Source: Ruminococcus sp. (GTDB lineage Bacteria > Bacillota > Clostridia > Oscillospirales > Ruminococcaceae). Taken from it: 58,938 nt of DNA. A program made the position numbers and the translations under genes. Within the stretch, counting starts at the first letter, position 1; the number at the start of each line of letters is the position of its first letter. The stretch lies in assembly GCA_015066905.1 (NCBI GenBank), contig SVNN01000001.1, forward strand, positions 1-58,938. Reading direction: 5' to 3'. This document shows positions 47,419-56,778 of the stretch, piece by piece. A model generated the notes under the pieces. That model did not search any database and was not told the DNA's origin. It worked only from the letters and a program-made list of their open reading frames with translations.

Positions 47419-48483
47419 TTGGAAGCAGTACAATATAAATGTCCGAACTGCTGCGCGGAGCTGAAATTTGATGCCGCAAAACAGCTGTTCGGCTGTGAAT
47501 ATTGCCGCAGCCTGTTCACCGAGCCGGAGATCAAGCAGGTCTGCAAGCGAAACGAAGAGATTGACCTTTCCCGTTCGCTGGAGGAGCGGCAGATCGAAGA
47601 CGAGTTTGTGCAGCATACGGGACTCTATGTCTGCCAGAGCTGCGGCGCACAGATCATGGCGGAAGAAGAAACCGCCGCAACCTTCTGCTACTACTGTCAC
47701 AATCCTGTGATTCTGCAGGGGCGTCTGTCGGGTGAATTTAAGCCCAGCCAGGTGCTTCCGTTCCAGATGTCGCGCGAGATGGCACTGTCGAGCTTTCAGG
47801 CATGGTGCAAAAAGCGCTGGTTCGTACCGCGCGATTTCAAGAGCGATCAGCAGCTGGAAAAGATGGTCGGTCTTTATGTTCCGTTCTGGGTGGCAGACTG
47901 CAACGTCAAGGCGGACGTCAACGCAATCGGTAAAAAAGTCCGCAGCTGGTCGTCGGGCAACTACCGATATACCGAAACGAAGGAATATCAGATCCACCGC
48001 TGTGCAACGGTGGATTTCAACGGCATTCCTGCGGACGGCTCCAAGCGCATTGAGGACGAACTGATGGAAGCGATCGAGCCGTTTGACTATACGCAGGCGT
48101 GCAATTTCTCGATGGCATATCTCAGCGGTTTTATGGCGGATAAATATGATGTGGATAAATCAGGCGTATTCCCGAAGATCCGCAACCGTGCCATTCAGGG
48201 CACAGACGCGGCGATCCGCGGTACGATGAAGGGATATAATTCCGTGAGCGTGACCAGTTCCAGTATGAACGTGCTGCGTACCGACTGGAAATATATGCTC
48301 CTCCCTGTATGGTTTGCGACCTTCCACTATAAAGGAAAGGTTTATGAATTTGCGATCAACGGACAGACGGGCAAGCAGGCTGGCGCACCGCCGCTGGATA
48401 AGAAAAAGCTCGCGTTGTTCTGTGCCGCGATCGGCATCGGAATCGCCCTTCTGGGCACGGTAGGGGGGTGGCTGATTTGCTGA
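47419..48483 (+). CDS. Zinc-ribbon membrane protein (YdjG-type)
   Basis: CPNC/CEYC, CQSC/CYYC, YVPFW, LLPVW, INGQTGK, C-terminal TM; TTG start. Confidence 0.82.
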   Translation: MEAVQYKCPNCCAELKFDAAKQLFGCEYCRSLFTEPEIKQVCKRNEEIDLSRSLEERQIEDEFVQHTGLYVCQSCGAQIMAEEETAATFCYYCHNPVILQGRLSGEFKPSQVLPFQMSREMALSSFQAWCKKRWFVPRDFKSDQQLEKMVGLYVPFWVADCNVKADVNAIGKKVRSWSSGNYRYTETKEYQIHRCATVDFNGIPADGSKRIEDELMEAIEPFDYTQACNFSMAYLSGFMADKYDVDKSGVFPKIRNRAIQGTDAAIRGTMKGYNSVSVTSSSMNVLRTDWKYMLLPVWFATFHYKGKVYEFAINGQTGKQAGAPPLDKKKLALFCAAIGIGIALLGTVGGWLIC

Positions 48484-49409
48484 AAAAAATCATATGCCGC
48501 ATTCTGGCGCCGCTCTGCGCGGCAGCAGCCCTGCTTCCTGTCGCGTCGCTTTCCGCTTCGGCAGCACGGCCCTATCCCGAATATAAGGAAAACATCGGAT
48601 TTTACGACATCCAGGGTGTTGTGGATGATGAGGACGAGGCAGAGCTGACTGCGCTGATCCGCGAGGCGGCGGATGAGATTGATATGTACGTTGCGGTGGT
48701 GATCATTGGCCCGGAAACACCGCTGACCTTTGACAGCGAAGTGATCGCATATGCTGACCAGCTGTATACGGATATGTTCAACAGCGGTCCCGTTGGCGTG
48801 GAGGAGGATACAGACGGCATTCTGCTGTTGATCAACAACGCTACGAAGTATGATTTCATCACCACCAGCGGCATCGGACAGATCTATTTCTCGAACGATC
48901 CCGACAACGACCGTATCAATATGATCTTCGACGACATCTGGGATGCGATGCTGGACGGAAACTATAAACGCGTGGTGCGGGATTTCTGCGACAGCATCTG
49001 CTATTATTACGACAAGGGCTACTCCCATTCCGACTATGTCTATGAGCCGGGCAAGGGCTACGGTATGATCGAAAACGGCGTGCTGGTCTGGAAGGATGCA
49101 CCGCCGAAGGATTATACGGTCTGGCTGTTTGTGTCTCTCTGCTGTGCAGGCGCAGGACTGATCACCGCGATCTGTGTGTATTTCGGTGTAAAAAGCAGCT
49201 ATAAGTTCAAGAAATCGCTCAATCCGACCAATTACATCTGCAACAGCGAAAGCGTGATGCATGAGTCGAGCGACAATTTCCTGCGTGAGTACACCTCTAA
49301 GGTGCGGATCCAGTCTTCCTCCTCCGGCGGCGGCGGAGGGCGTTCGGGCGGCGGAAGATCCCGTTCGAGCGGCGGAAGATCCCGCGGCGGCGGCGGACGC
49401 AGAAGGTAA
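48468..49409 (+). CDS. TPM-domain membrane protein (YdjH-type)
   Basis: Signal peptide, DGILLLIN, TSG, TM, and SSGGGGGRS...GGGGRRR tail. Confidence 0.82.
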   Translation: MADLLKKIICRILAPLCAAAALLPVASLSASAARPYPEYKENIGFYDIQGVVDDEDEAELTALIREAADEIDMYVAVVIIGPETPLTFDSEVIAYADQLYTDMFNSGPVGVEEDTDGILLLINNATKYDFITTSGIGQIYFSNDPDNDRINMIFDDIWDAMLDGNYKRVVRDFCDSICYYYDKGYSHSDYVYEPGKGYGMIENGVLVWKDAPPKDYTVWLFVSLCCAGAGLITAICVYFGVKSSYKFKKSLNPTNYICNSESVMHESSDNFLREYTSKVRIQSSSSGGGGGRSGGGRSRSSGGRSRGGGGRRR

Positions 49410-49637
49410 TATTTCCCCCGAAAAACTGCGGCAGGACGTGTTTGCGCCCTGCCGTTATTTGTTTCGTGAAAATGAACAAAAACGAAAAATATTTCTGATA
49501 GACTTTACAAATTGGAAAGAATGTAGTATAATAACAAAGTTAGTATGGATAATTATGTTGGGTGCGTCTGCGTGCCTGATGTTTTTTCGTGCCGGATTTT
49601 TCCGCCGGTACACGTTTATTGAAAGGTGATTTGAAAC

Positions 49638-50381
49638 ATGAAAAAGAGAACTATGTTCCGCCGCGCAGTTTCTGTTCTGCTTTGCGGCGCACTGCTCGCT
49701 GTTGGATGCAGCGGCTGCGATGCAAAGAAGGAAGTGGAGCTGTCGGAAGAGAATATCCTGAATTTTACCGAACCGGAGCAGGGCGAGAAGATCGTCGTAC
49801 TGACAATCAAGGACTACGGCGATGTCACAATCCGTCTGTTCGCGGATGAATGCCCCAAGGGCGTTGAGAATTTCCTCGGTCATGTAGAAAGCGGCTACTA
49901 CGATGAACTGATCTTCCACCGCGTGGTACAGGATTTCGTCATCCAGGGCGGCGATCCGAAGGGCAACGGCACAGGCGGCGAGTCGATCTGGGGCGCAGGC
50001 TTCAAGCAGGAGATCACCTCTGATCTTCGTCACTTTACCGGTGCGCTGGCATATGCAACTGCGTCAGATAAGCTCAACAAGAGCCAGTTTTATATCGTTA
50101 CCGGAGAACCTGTAACAGACAAGCTGTTTACACAGCTGGAAGCGTCTTATGGCAAAAAGTACAGCGACAATGTCAAGGATCTTTACAAGCAGTACGGCGG
50201 TCAGCCCTTCCTCGATGGAGATTATGAAGTCTTCGGACAGGTTATCGGCGGTCTGGACATCTGCCTGGAGATCAACGATGTTGCTGTGGGTGCCAACGAC
50301 AAACCCAAGGAGCAGGTTGTGATTGAAAAGGCTGTGGTCAAGGAATATGACGGCAGCGGTGTGAACTTTACTGCAAAGTAA
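49638..50381 (+). CDS. Cyclophilin-type peptidyl-prolyl isomerase, lipoprotein
   Basis: Lipoprotein-like signal, FHRVVQDFVIQGGDP.G.GTGG, SQFYI, VFGQV. Confidence 0.92.
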   Translation: MKKRTMFRRAVSVLLCGALLAVGCSGCDAKKEVELSEENILNFTEPEQGEKIVVLTIKDYGDVTIRLFADECPKGVENFLGHVESGYYDELIFHRVVQDFVIQGGDPKGNGTGGESIWGAGFKQEITSDLRHFTGALAYATASDKLNKSQFYIVTGEPVTDKLFTQLEASYGKKYSDNVKDLYKQYGGQPFLDGDYEVFGQVIGGLDICLEINDVAVGANDKPKEQVVIEKAVVKEYDGSGVNFTAK

Positions 50382-50569
50382 AATCTGGAAATTTTGGTTT
50401 GAACCTTTCGCGGATTGCGCGGATAGTGTGCCGCCGCGGGGGAAATAATAGAACAAGGAAACTGCGACCGGGCGACGACAAAGAAAGAAAAAACGCGCCT
50501 GCAGCAAAACGGAACTTCCGCGGAGCGTCTGCCGCGCAAGGCGGAAGGAAAATTAAGGAGAGATATTTT

Positions 50570-51856
50570 TTGGATAAGTACATCATCAGAGGCGGGCGGC
50601 GTCTGATCGGTGAAGTGGAGATCAGCGGTGCGAAAAATGCAGCCGTTGCAATTCTCCCTGCCGTGATTTTAGCAGACGAGCCGTGCGTAATTGAAAACGT
50701 ACCCGATATCAGCGATGTTTCGATCTGTCTTCGGATTTTAGACGAGATGGGTGCAAAGGTTGATATGCTCAGCCCCACCTCCTACCGCATTGATCCGACG
50801 ACGATTCACAGCTTCTGTGTTCCCTACGAGAGTGCAAGAAGAATGCGTGCGTCCTACTACTTCCTCGGCGCACTGCTTGGAAAATACAAACAGGCAAGGG
50901 TTTCGATGCCCGGCGGATGTCCGCTTGGCGACCGCCCGATCGACCAGCATCTCAAGGCGTTTTCCGCTGTCGGCGCACGCTGCACCATTGATCATGGCAT
51001 GGTCGATCTTTCCGCTGACCGCCTGACCGGAAACCAGATCTATCTGGACGTGGTTTCTGTCGGCGCAACGATGAACGCGATGCTCGCGGCTGTCCGCGCT
51101 GAGGGTCTGACGGTGATCGAAAACGTGGCAAAGGAACCGCATATCGTTGACCTTGCAAACTTTCTCAATACCATGGGCGCTGACATCATGGGCGCCGGTA
51201 CTGACGTAATCAAGATCCGCGGCGTGTCTAAGCTCCACGGCGCGACCTATTCCGTCATCCCCGACCAGATTGAAGCCGGCACCTTTATGTGCGCTGCAGC
51301 CGCTACGGGCGGTGATGTACTTGTGAAGAATGTCATCCCCAAGCACCTTGAGTCGATCACCAACAAGCTGCAGAAGATCGGCGTTGTGGTGGAAGAATTC
51401 GATGATGCAGTTCGTGTAACCGTGGACGGTCCGCTGGTCAAGACCAGCATTAAGACGATGCCGCATCCCGGTTTCCCGACCGATATGCAGCCGCAGATGG
51501 CGGCGCTCCTCTGTCTTGCGGAGGGCACGAGCATCATCAAGGAGGGCGTCTGGGAACAGCGTTTCCGCTATGCAGAGGAGCTGCGCCGTATGGGTGCGGA
51601 TATCTCTGTGGATGGCAAGGTTGCTGTCATCGAGGGCGTAGGCAGTCTGATGGGCGCACCTGTCAAGGCGTGCGATCTCCGTGCAGGCGCGGCGCTCATC
51701 ATCGCAGGACTTGCCGCAAAGGGCATCACTGAGATTGAGGACATCTTCCACGTCGAGCGCGGCTATTCCAATATGGAAGGCAAGCTGCAGGCGCTGGGCG
51801 CGGATATTGTAAAGAAAAACGTGCCGGGCGCATCTGTGAAGAAGGCGCTTGCGTAA
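50570..51856 (+). CDS. murA: UDP-N-acetylglucosamine 1-carboxyvinyltransferase
   Basis: SGAKNA, PGGCPLGDRPIDQH, SVGAT, GFPTDMQ, DLRAGA; TTG start after AAGGAG. Confidence 0.95.
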   Translation: MDKYIIRGGRRLIGEVEISGAKNAAVAILPAVILADEPCVIENVPDISDVSICLRILDEMGAKVDMLSPTSYRIDPTTIHSFCVPYESARRMRASYYFLGALLGKYKQARVSMPGGCPLGDRPIDQHLKAFSAVGARCTIDHGMVDLSADRLTGNQIYLDVVSVGATMNAMLAAVRAEGLTVIENVAKEPHIVDLANFLNTMGADIMGAGTDVIKIRGVSKLHGATYSVIPDQIEAGTFMCAAAATGGDVLVKNVIPKHLESITNKLQKIGVVVEEFDDAVRVTVDGPLVKTSIKTMPHPGFPTDMQPQMAALLCLAEGTSIIKEGVWEQRFRYAEELRRMGADISVDGKVAVIEGVGSLMGAPVKACDLRAGAALIIAGLAAKGITEIEDIFHVERGYSNMEGKLQALGADIVKKNVPGASVKKALA

Positions 51857-51913
51857 CAAACAATCCAACGGGCAGGCGGTGTTCTGTCCGTTTTCTTTTT
51901 GGAGGCGGAATGT

Positions 51914-52696
51914 ATGGCGAGAATCTATCCGCTGTTCAGTTCGAGCAGTGGAAACGCAACCTTTGTCGGGACGCCGCAGGGCGGTGTGCTGATCGACGCG
52001 GGTGTATCCATGCGGCGGCTGTCGGCAGCATTTTCACGCTGCGGACTGGAATTTTCGGCGGTGCGTGCGGTTATGATCACGCACGATCACTCGGATCATG
52101 TCAAGGGGCTGAAGCTGCTGACCAAGCAGTATCGGATTCCTGTTTACGGGCAGGAGCAGACGCTCCGCAATCTGATTGACAGCGAGCAGATTGCGCCCAC
52201 GAGTGATGTATTCGCCATTTCTGCGCCTGTACAGATCGCGGATATGGAGCTGACTGCGTTCGATACGCCGCACGACACACAGCAAAGCTGCGGATATCGC
52301 ATACATACACCCGATGGCCGCCGCTGTGCAGTCTGTACCGATCTCGGCATGGTCACACCGGCGGTCTCTCAAGGCATCACAGGGTGTGATCTCGTATTGC
52401 TGGAGGCAAATTATGACCCCGATCTGCTGCGTAACGGACGGTATCCTTATTCGGTCCGTGCGCGAATCTCGTCTGATCACGGGCATCTGTCCAATCAGGC
52501 GTGTGCGCGGCAGGCAGCAGAACTGGTTGCAGGCGGAACTACACGAATTTTGCTGGGGCATCTCAGTCAGGAGAATAATACACCTGCGCTTGCTGAACAG
52601 ACGGTCGCAGCTGCACTGGCGGGATTTCGCCGCGACTGCGACTATCTGCTTTCGGTCGCGCCGGTGGAAACAGACGGAAGAATGGTGGTGTTCTGA
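51914..52696 (+). CDS. MBL-fold metallohydrolase, YycJ/WalJ-like
   Basis: SSSSGN, THDHSDH, HD, LEANYD, GHLSN, GHLSQENN. Confidence 0.88.
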   Translation: MARIYPLFSSSSGNATFVGTPQGGVLIDAGVSMRRLSAAFSRCGLEFSAVRAVMITHDHSDHVKGLKLLTKQYRIPVYGQEQTLRNLIDSEQIAPTSDVFAISAPVQIADMELTAFDTPHDTQQSCGYRIHTPDGRRCAVCTDLGMVTPAVSQGITGCDLVLLEANYDPDLLRNGRYPYSVRARISSDHGHLSNQACARQAAELVAGGTTRILLGHLSQENNTPALAEQTVAAALAGFRRDCDYLLSVAPVETDGRMVVF

Positions 52697-52700
52697 TTTT

Positions 52701-53177
52701 ATGCTGAAGGTCAGGCTGATTACGGTCGGCAAGCTCAAGGAACAATATCTGCGCGACGCGTGTGCCGAATATGCCAAGCGGATCGGGCGGTTTGCATCGC
52801 TGCAGATCATCGAACTGGATGAGTCGCGCTTGTCGGATAAGCCGTCGCGCTCCGAGATCGACAAGGCACTTGCGAAAGAAGCAGATGCCATCCTCCGCGC
52901 GTGCGAGGGATATCTCATCGCGCTCTGTATCGAAGGAAAACAGCGCACCAGTGAGGAGTTTTCCGCGATGATCGAGGAGATTGGTGTGCGCGGACAGGGG
53001 ACGGTTTCTTTTGTGATCGGCAGCTCCTACGGGCTTTCCGATCAGGTCAAATCCCGTGCAGCTGCGAAATTTTCGATGTCAAAGCTGACGTTTCCCCATC
53101 AGCTGGCGCGCGTGATGCTGCTGGAACAGATCTACCGCGCGTTTATGATCGCGGGCGGCGGACAATATCACAAATGA
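52701..53177 (+). CDS. rlmH: 23S rRNA pseudouridine-1915 N3-methyltransferase
   Basis: VGKLKE, FVIGSSYGL, TFPHQL.R..LLEQIYRA, YHK. Confidence 0.95.
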   Translation: MLKVRLITVGKLKEQYLRDACAEYAKRIGRFASLQIIELDESRLSDKPSRSEIDKALAKEADAILRACEGYLIALCIEGKQRTSEEFSAMIEEIGVRGQGTVSFVIGSSYGLSDQVKSRAAAKFSMSKLTFPHQLARVMLLEQIYRAFMIAGGGQYHK

Positions 53178-53191
53178 GGGAGGATAGACAG

Positions 53192-53746
53192 ATGCGGATT
53201 CTGTTTGAAATTGACCGCAAGGATTATGATCCGGATGGATCGGTCTGTGTGCGGCCGTCCGTGCGCGGCGTGATTCAGCGTGACGGCAGGCTGGCGATGA
53301 TCCACAGCCTGAAATATGATTATTACAAATTTCCCGGCGGCGGCGCGGAGGAGGGCGAGGATCATATCGCTACGCTGATCCGCGAGGTGCGCGAGGAAAG
53401 CGGCCTGTGCGTGATTCCTGAATCCATCCGTCCGTACGGCTATGTACATCGTGTACAGAAGGGCTGGGTCGAGGATATTTTCGTGCAGTATAATTACTAT
53501 TATTTCTGCGACGCAGAAGAAATGCTCTTGTCGCAGGAGCTGGACGAATATGAAGACGAGGAACGCTTCACGCTGGAATTTGTGACGGCGCAGGAGGCAG
53601 TCGCGGTCAACCGCACGCATGATCACGGAGAGAAAGCGGGGAATGCCCGTTTTCAGGTGATGATCGAGCGCGAAAACCGCGTGCTGGAGCTTCTGATTGC
53701 CGAGCAGGGTGGATCATGTGAAATCGTTGAGGAAGCGCAGAAATGA
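53192..53746 (+). CDS. NUDIX hydrolase
   Basis: KFPGGGAEEGEDHIATLIREVREESG Nudix box; RBS GGGAGG. Confidence 0.88.
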   Translation: MRILFEIDRKDYDPDGSVCVRPSVRGVIQRDGRLAMIHSLKYDYYKFPGGGAEEGEDHIATLIREVREESGLCVIPESIRPYGYVHRVQKGWVEDIFVQYNYYYFCDAEEMLLSQELDEYEDEERFTLEFVTAQEAVAVNRTHDHGEKAGNARFQVMIERENRVLELLIAEQGGSCEIVEEAQK

Positions 53747-54183
53747 ACATCAGAATCATGCATATATCCGATTACGAACAGGTGTATCAATTATGGTTAT
53801 CCTGTGCGGGGATGGGACTGAATCATTTGGACGATTCAAAAGAAGGGATAGAGAGATTTCTGAACAGAAACCCCGAAACTTGTTTTGTCGCTGAAACAGA
53901 ACAAACGATCGTGGGAGTCATGATTGCCGGCAACGACGGAAGAAGGGGCTATATCTACCACACAGCGGTGCATCCTGATTACAGACATCAAGGGATTGCA
54001 ACCAGACTGGTTGATCGAGTTATGGAAGCGCTAAAAGCATCCGGTATCAATAAGACTGCTCTGGTTGTGTTTGCCAAAAACGCTGAGGGAAATGCGTTCT
54101 GGGAGAAAAACGGTTTTACCGTGCGGGACGATCTGGTTTACAGAAATAAGACGATCAACGAAATGATACGAATTGACACATAA
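53743..54183 (+). CDS. GNAT-family N-acetyltransferase (YpeA-like)
   Basis: DGRRGYIYHTAVHPDYRHQGIA, N..GNAFWEKNGF. Confidence 0.9.
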   Translation: MNIRIMHISDYEQVYQLWLSCAGMGLNHLDDSKEGIERFLNRNPETCFVAETEQTIVGVMIAGNDGRRGYIYHTAVHPDYRHQGIATRLVDRVMEALKASGINKTALVVFAKNAEGNAFWEKNGFTVRDDLVYRNKTINEMIRIDT

Positions 54184-54195
54184 CGATATTATAAT

Positions 54196-54222
54196 GCCCC
54201 ATGAAGAAATCCTTCATGGGGC
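54196..54222 (+). terminator. Terminator after GNAT gene
   Basis: GCCCCATGAAG/CTTCATGGGGC. Confidence 0.65.
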
Positions 54223-54275
54223 TTGCTCTTTTATGGCTGCACAGCGTTGGTGCTTTTTGCTGTGCGAACAATTCG

Positions 54276-54310
54276 AAAAAAAAGACCGGCGGGATGTCCT
54301 GCCGGTCTTT
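54276..54310 (-). terminator. Terminator after dockerin gene
   Basis: AAAGACCGGC/GCCGGTCTTT with 8-nt U tract on the minus strand. Confidence 0.8.
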
Positions 54311-54324
54311 GGGTGTTGAAATGA

Positions 54325-56154
54325 TTATGCGATCGGAAGCGGGCCGAGATCTGCGAGGTAGAGCGAGATGCCGGTGATGTCGGTCGAGTCGATCGAACCG
54401 TCAATGTTGACATCGGCATTCAGCTTGCCCTGTGCAGTTACAGCACCGGATTCCAGCGTGTTGTCCTGAGAAACATAACGTGCCAGCAGAACGATATCGC
54501 TGATGTTTACAGTGTTGTCGCAGTTGACGTCACCGTAGATGCCTGCGGTCTGCTCCGGCTCAGTTGTGGTGGTTGTAGTTGTTGTGGTAGTGGTAGTAGT
54601 CGTTGTAGTGGTTGTGGTTTCTACCGGTTCGGAATAGTAGAAGAACTCGGCAGATTCCAGAGTAACGGTGTCAGATACGCCGTACCAGTAGCCGACCATC
54701 AGATCGCCGGTGTTGTTGACGTGGGAAGCAACAGTATCCGGGATGATCCACATCAGGGTGATTTCAGTGCCTGCGTCGATCACAACAATGTTTCCGCCCT
54801 GATACCAGTAGGATTCATCGTAGTCAGCGTCAACGGTAACGCCAAGACCGCCGACGAACTTCTCAACATCGCTGTCAGCAGACAGGGTGAAGAGAACAGC
54901 CTGGATCTGGTCGTTCTCGCTCAGCTCCAGATCAGAAAGTGCAAGGTGTGTCTTGTTGTCGGTTTCGCTGGTGCAGTCGATCTCCACGTTCGGAGTCAGC
55001 TTTACGGAATCGGTATACGGAACGGTCACGGTCTGGGTATAGGTGCAGGTTGCGCCGGTCAGCGTGATGGATTCCAGATCGCCGTACCAGTACTGGATGG
55101 AAACGGTGTCGCCGGATGCAGTGGTTGCATATTCGCGGACCACTTCAGGCATCTCCCAGGTAACTTCAGCCCAGGTGCCGACATCTTCCAGCGTGGTGCC
55201 GCGGCCGACTTCAAAGCCGTAATCGGTCTCGTCATCGTCGCCGTGATCGTTGTACCAGTAGCCGTTCTTGCCGGCGATATATTCGGTGTCAGCAGGAGAT
55301 TCCGGCAGAACGTTCATACCGCCGCCGTACATTACGGTGCCCATATCCTCGTCAGATTCCAGCACGAAAGAGAAAGATTCAATCGTGACGCCCGGAAGAC
55401 CGCCGATGCCGAAATCAGCGTAGGATACTTTATAGCTGTTGATCGGGTCGCCTTCTTCATATGTAGAAAGACCGGTTTCCTCGTCAAGGTAGTAGTCTTC
55501 GTCGTAGCCCTGGGTCAGGGTGATGTCCAGGTCATCTACGGTTGCGGTCAGTGTGGAGGAGATGGTTGCAGTGCCGTCGCCGTTATCCACAAAGGAATAA
55601 GAACCGCTCTTCTTTGCAGTGCTGACAACCGGATCGTCCTCTTCTTCTTCGCCGGAGGAGCTGCCGTCTGTATTACCGGTGACAGACACCAGCGTTACCT
55701 TGCCGGTGGTAGCGGTATTTCCGCAGTAGTACATACCGATATTCAGCGTTGCAGAATGGTTGACGTAGGGCTGAACCTCTTCGGGGATCTCGTATACAAC
55801 CTCAAAGGTGGAGGAGGAGAAGGACTGAGAGAAAGAATCTCCCTGATACCAGTAGGTGGGATCATAGGAGGCGAGCACGCCAAGTCCGATACCACCGGAG
55901 AAAGAGCCGGAGGAGATGGGTGCTTCAAACACGCAGGTGACAGAGGTGAGGGTATCACTGCTGTCGCAGAGCGAGGAAATATCTACGGTGTAGGTATTAT
56001 CACCCTCAGTACAGGTGTAGGTCTTTCCGACTTCAATTGTGTTTCCTGCTGCGGATACATTTGCAGCAAGGAGAGAGGTGCCCGACATGCTCAGCAGCAT
56101 AGCCGCGCTTGTGACAGAGGCCTGAATTCTGCCACGGAACTTGGAATTCTTCAT
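54325..56154 (-). CDS. Secreted dockerin protein with repeated beta-sandwich (CBM-like) modules and no recognised catalytic domain
   Basis: Signal peptide (VSA-A), three YWY-containing repeats, poly-Thr linker, dockerin YGDVNCD...NADVNIDG. Confidence 0.85.
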   Translation of the reverse strand: MKNSKFRGRIQASVTSAAMLLSMSGTSLLAANVSAAGNTIEVGKTYTCTEGDNTYTVDISSLCDSSDTLTSVTCVFEAPISSGSFSGGIGLGVLASYDPTYWYQGDSFSQSFSSSTFEVVYEIPEEVQPYVNHSATLNIGMYYCGNTATTGKVTLVSVTGNTDGSSSGEEEEDDPVVSTAKKSGSYSFVDNGDGTATISSTLTATVDDLDITLTQGYDEDYYLDEETGLSTYEEGDPINSYKVSYADFGIGGLPGVTIESFSFVLESDEDMGTVMYGGGMNVLPESPADTEYIAGKNGYWYNDHGDDDETDYGFEVGRGTTLEDVGTWAEVTWEMPEVVREYATTASGDTVSIQYWYGDLESITLTGATCTYTQTVTVPYTDSVKLTPNVEIDCTSETDNKTHLALSDLELSENDQIQAVLFTLSADSDVEKFVGGLGVTVDADYDESYWYQGGNIVVIDAGTEITLMWIIPDTVASHVNNTGDLMVGYWYGVSDTVTLESAEFFYYSEPVETTTTTTTTTTTTTTTTTTTEPEQTAGIYGDVNCDNTVNISDIVLLARYVSQDNTLESGAVTAQGKLNADVNIDGSIDSTDITGISLYLADLGPLPIA

Positions 56155-56318
56155 GATAAACGCTCCCTTTCAATTTTAATCTATTTCGGTTCATCAGGTG
56201 CCGCCTGGCGCGGCCTCCTAATATAAATAGTATATCACAAAATCGTGAATATTTTATGAACAAATGCACAAAAAATGAGAAAAATATGCACAAAAAATAT
56301 GATTTTGTACCATGCAAT

Positions 56319-56723
56319 CTAACGAGAAAGGTATCTGTTTTTTGTGTTCACGCCGAAAATCCCGCCGATCGCGCCAGCAGTCAGCGCAAGGAGCGGCTGG
56401 ATCGGTGCGGGCAGAAGATCGGGTGTTGTTAATATTACAGCGGCACTCAGTCGGATCATCACACAGGTGAGCAGGCCGCAGAGCAGCCCGTTCTGAATGC
56501 CGCGGCGGCGCAGGCGTTTTCCGCAGAGAAAGCCTGCAAGCAGACAGCTGAGTGCGAGTGAGAGCAGCGCTGCGGATGCGTCATACAGCGGTGAAACGTC
56601 GATCACGCATAAAAGCGCGGCGCTAAGCGCACAGAGAAAATAAAACCAAAACAGCCCCGCAGCAGACGCAAGCAGAATGCTGCGCCGCCGCAGGGCGTTC
56701 GGATGTTCGGGAGCCGGGCGCAT
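56319..56723 (-). CDS. TIGR04086/YrzE-family membrane protein
   Basis: Four TM segments, G..NGLLCG, GAIGGIFGVN; downstream of yajC. Confidence 0.7.
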   Translation of the reverse strand: MRPAPEHPNALRRRSILLASAAGLFWFYFLCALSAALLCVIDVSPLYDASAALLSLALSCLLAGFLCGKRLRRRGIQNGLLCGLLTCVMIRLSAAVILTTPDLLPAPIQPLLALTAGAIGGIFGVNTKNRYLSR

Positions 56724-56778
56724 ATCGTCATACCTCCAAAAATTCTTTCAGAGAATATATATGCTGCACCTTGGCGGA

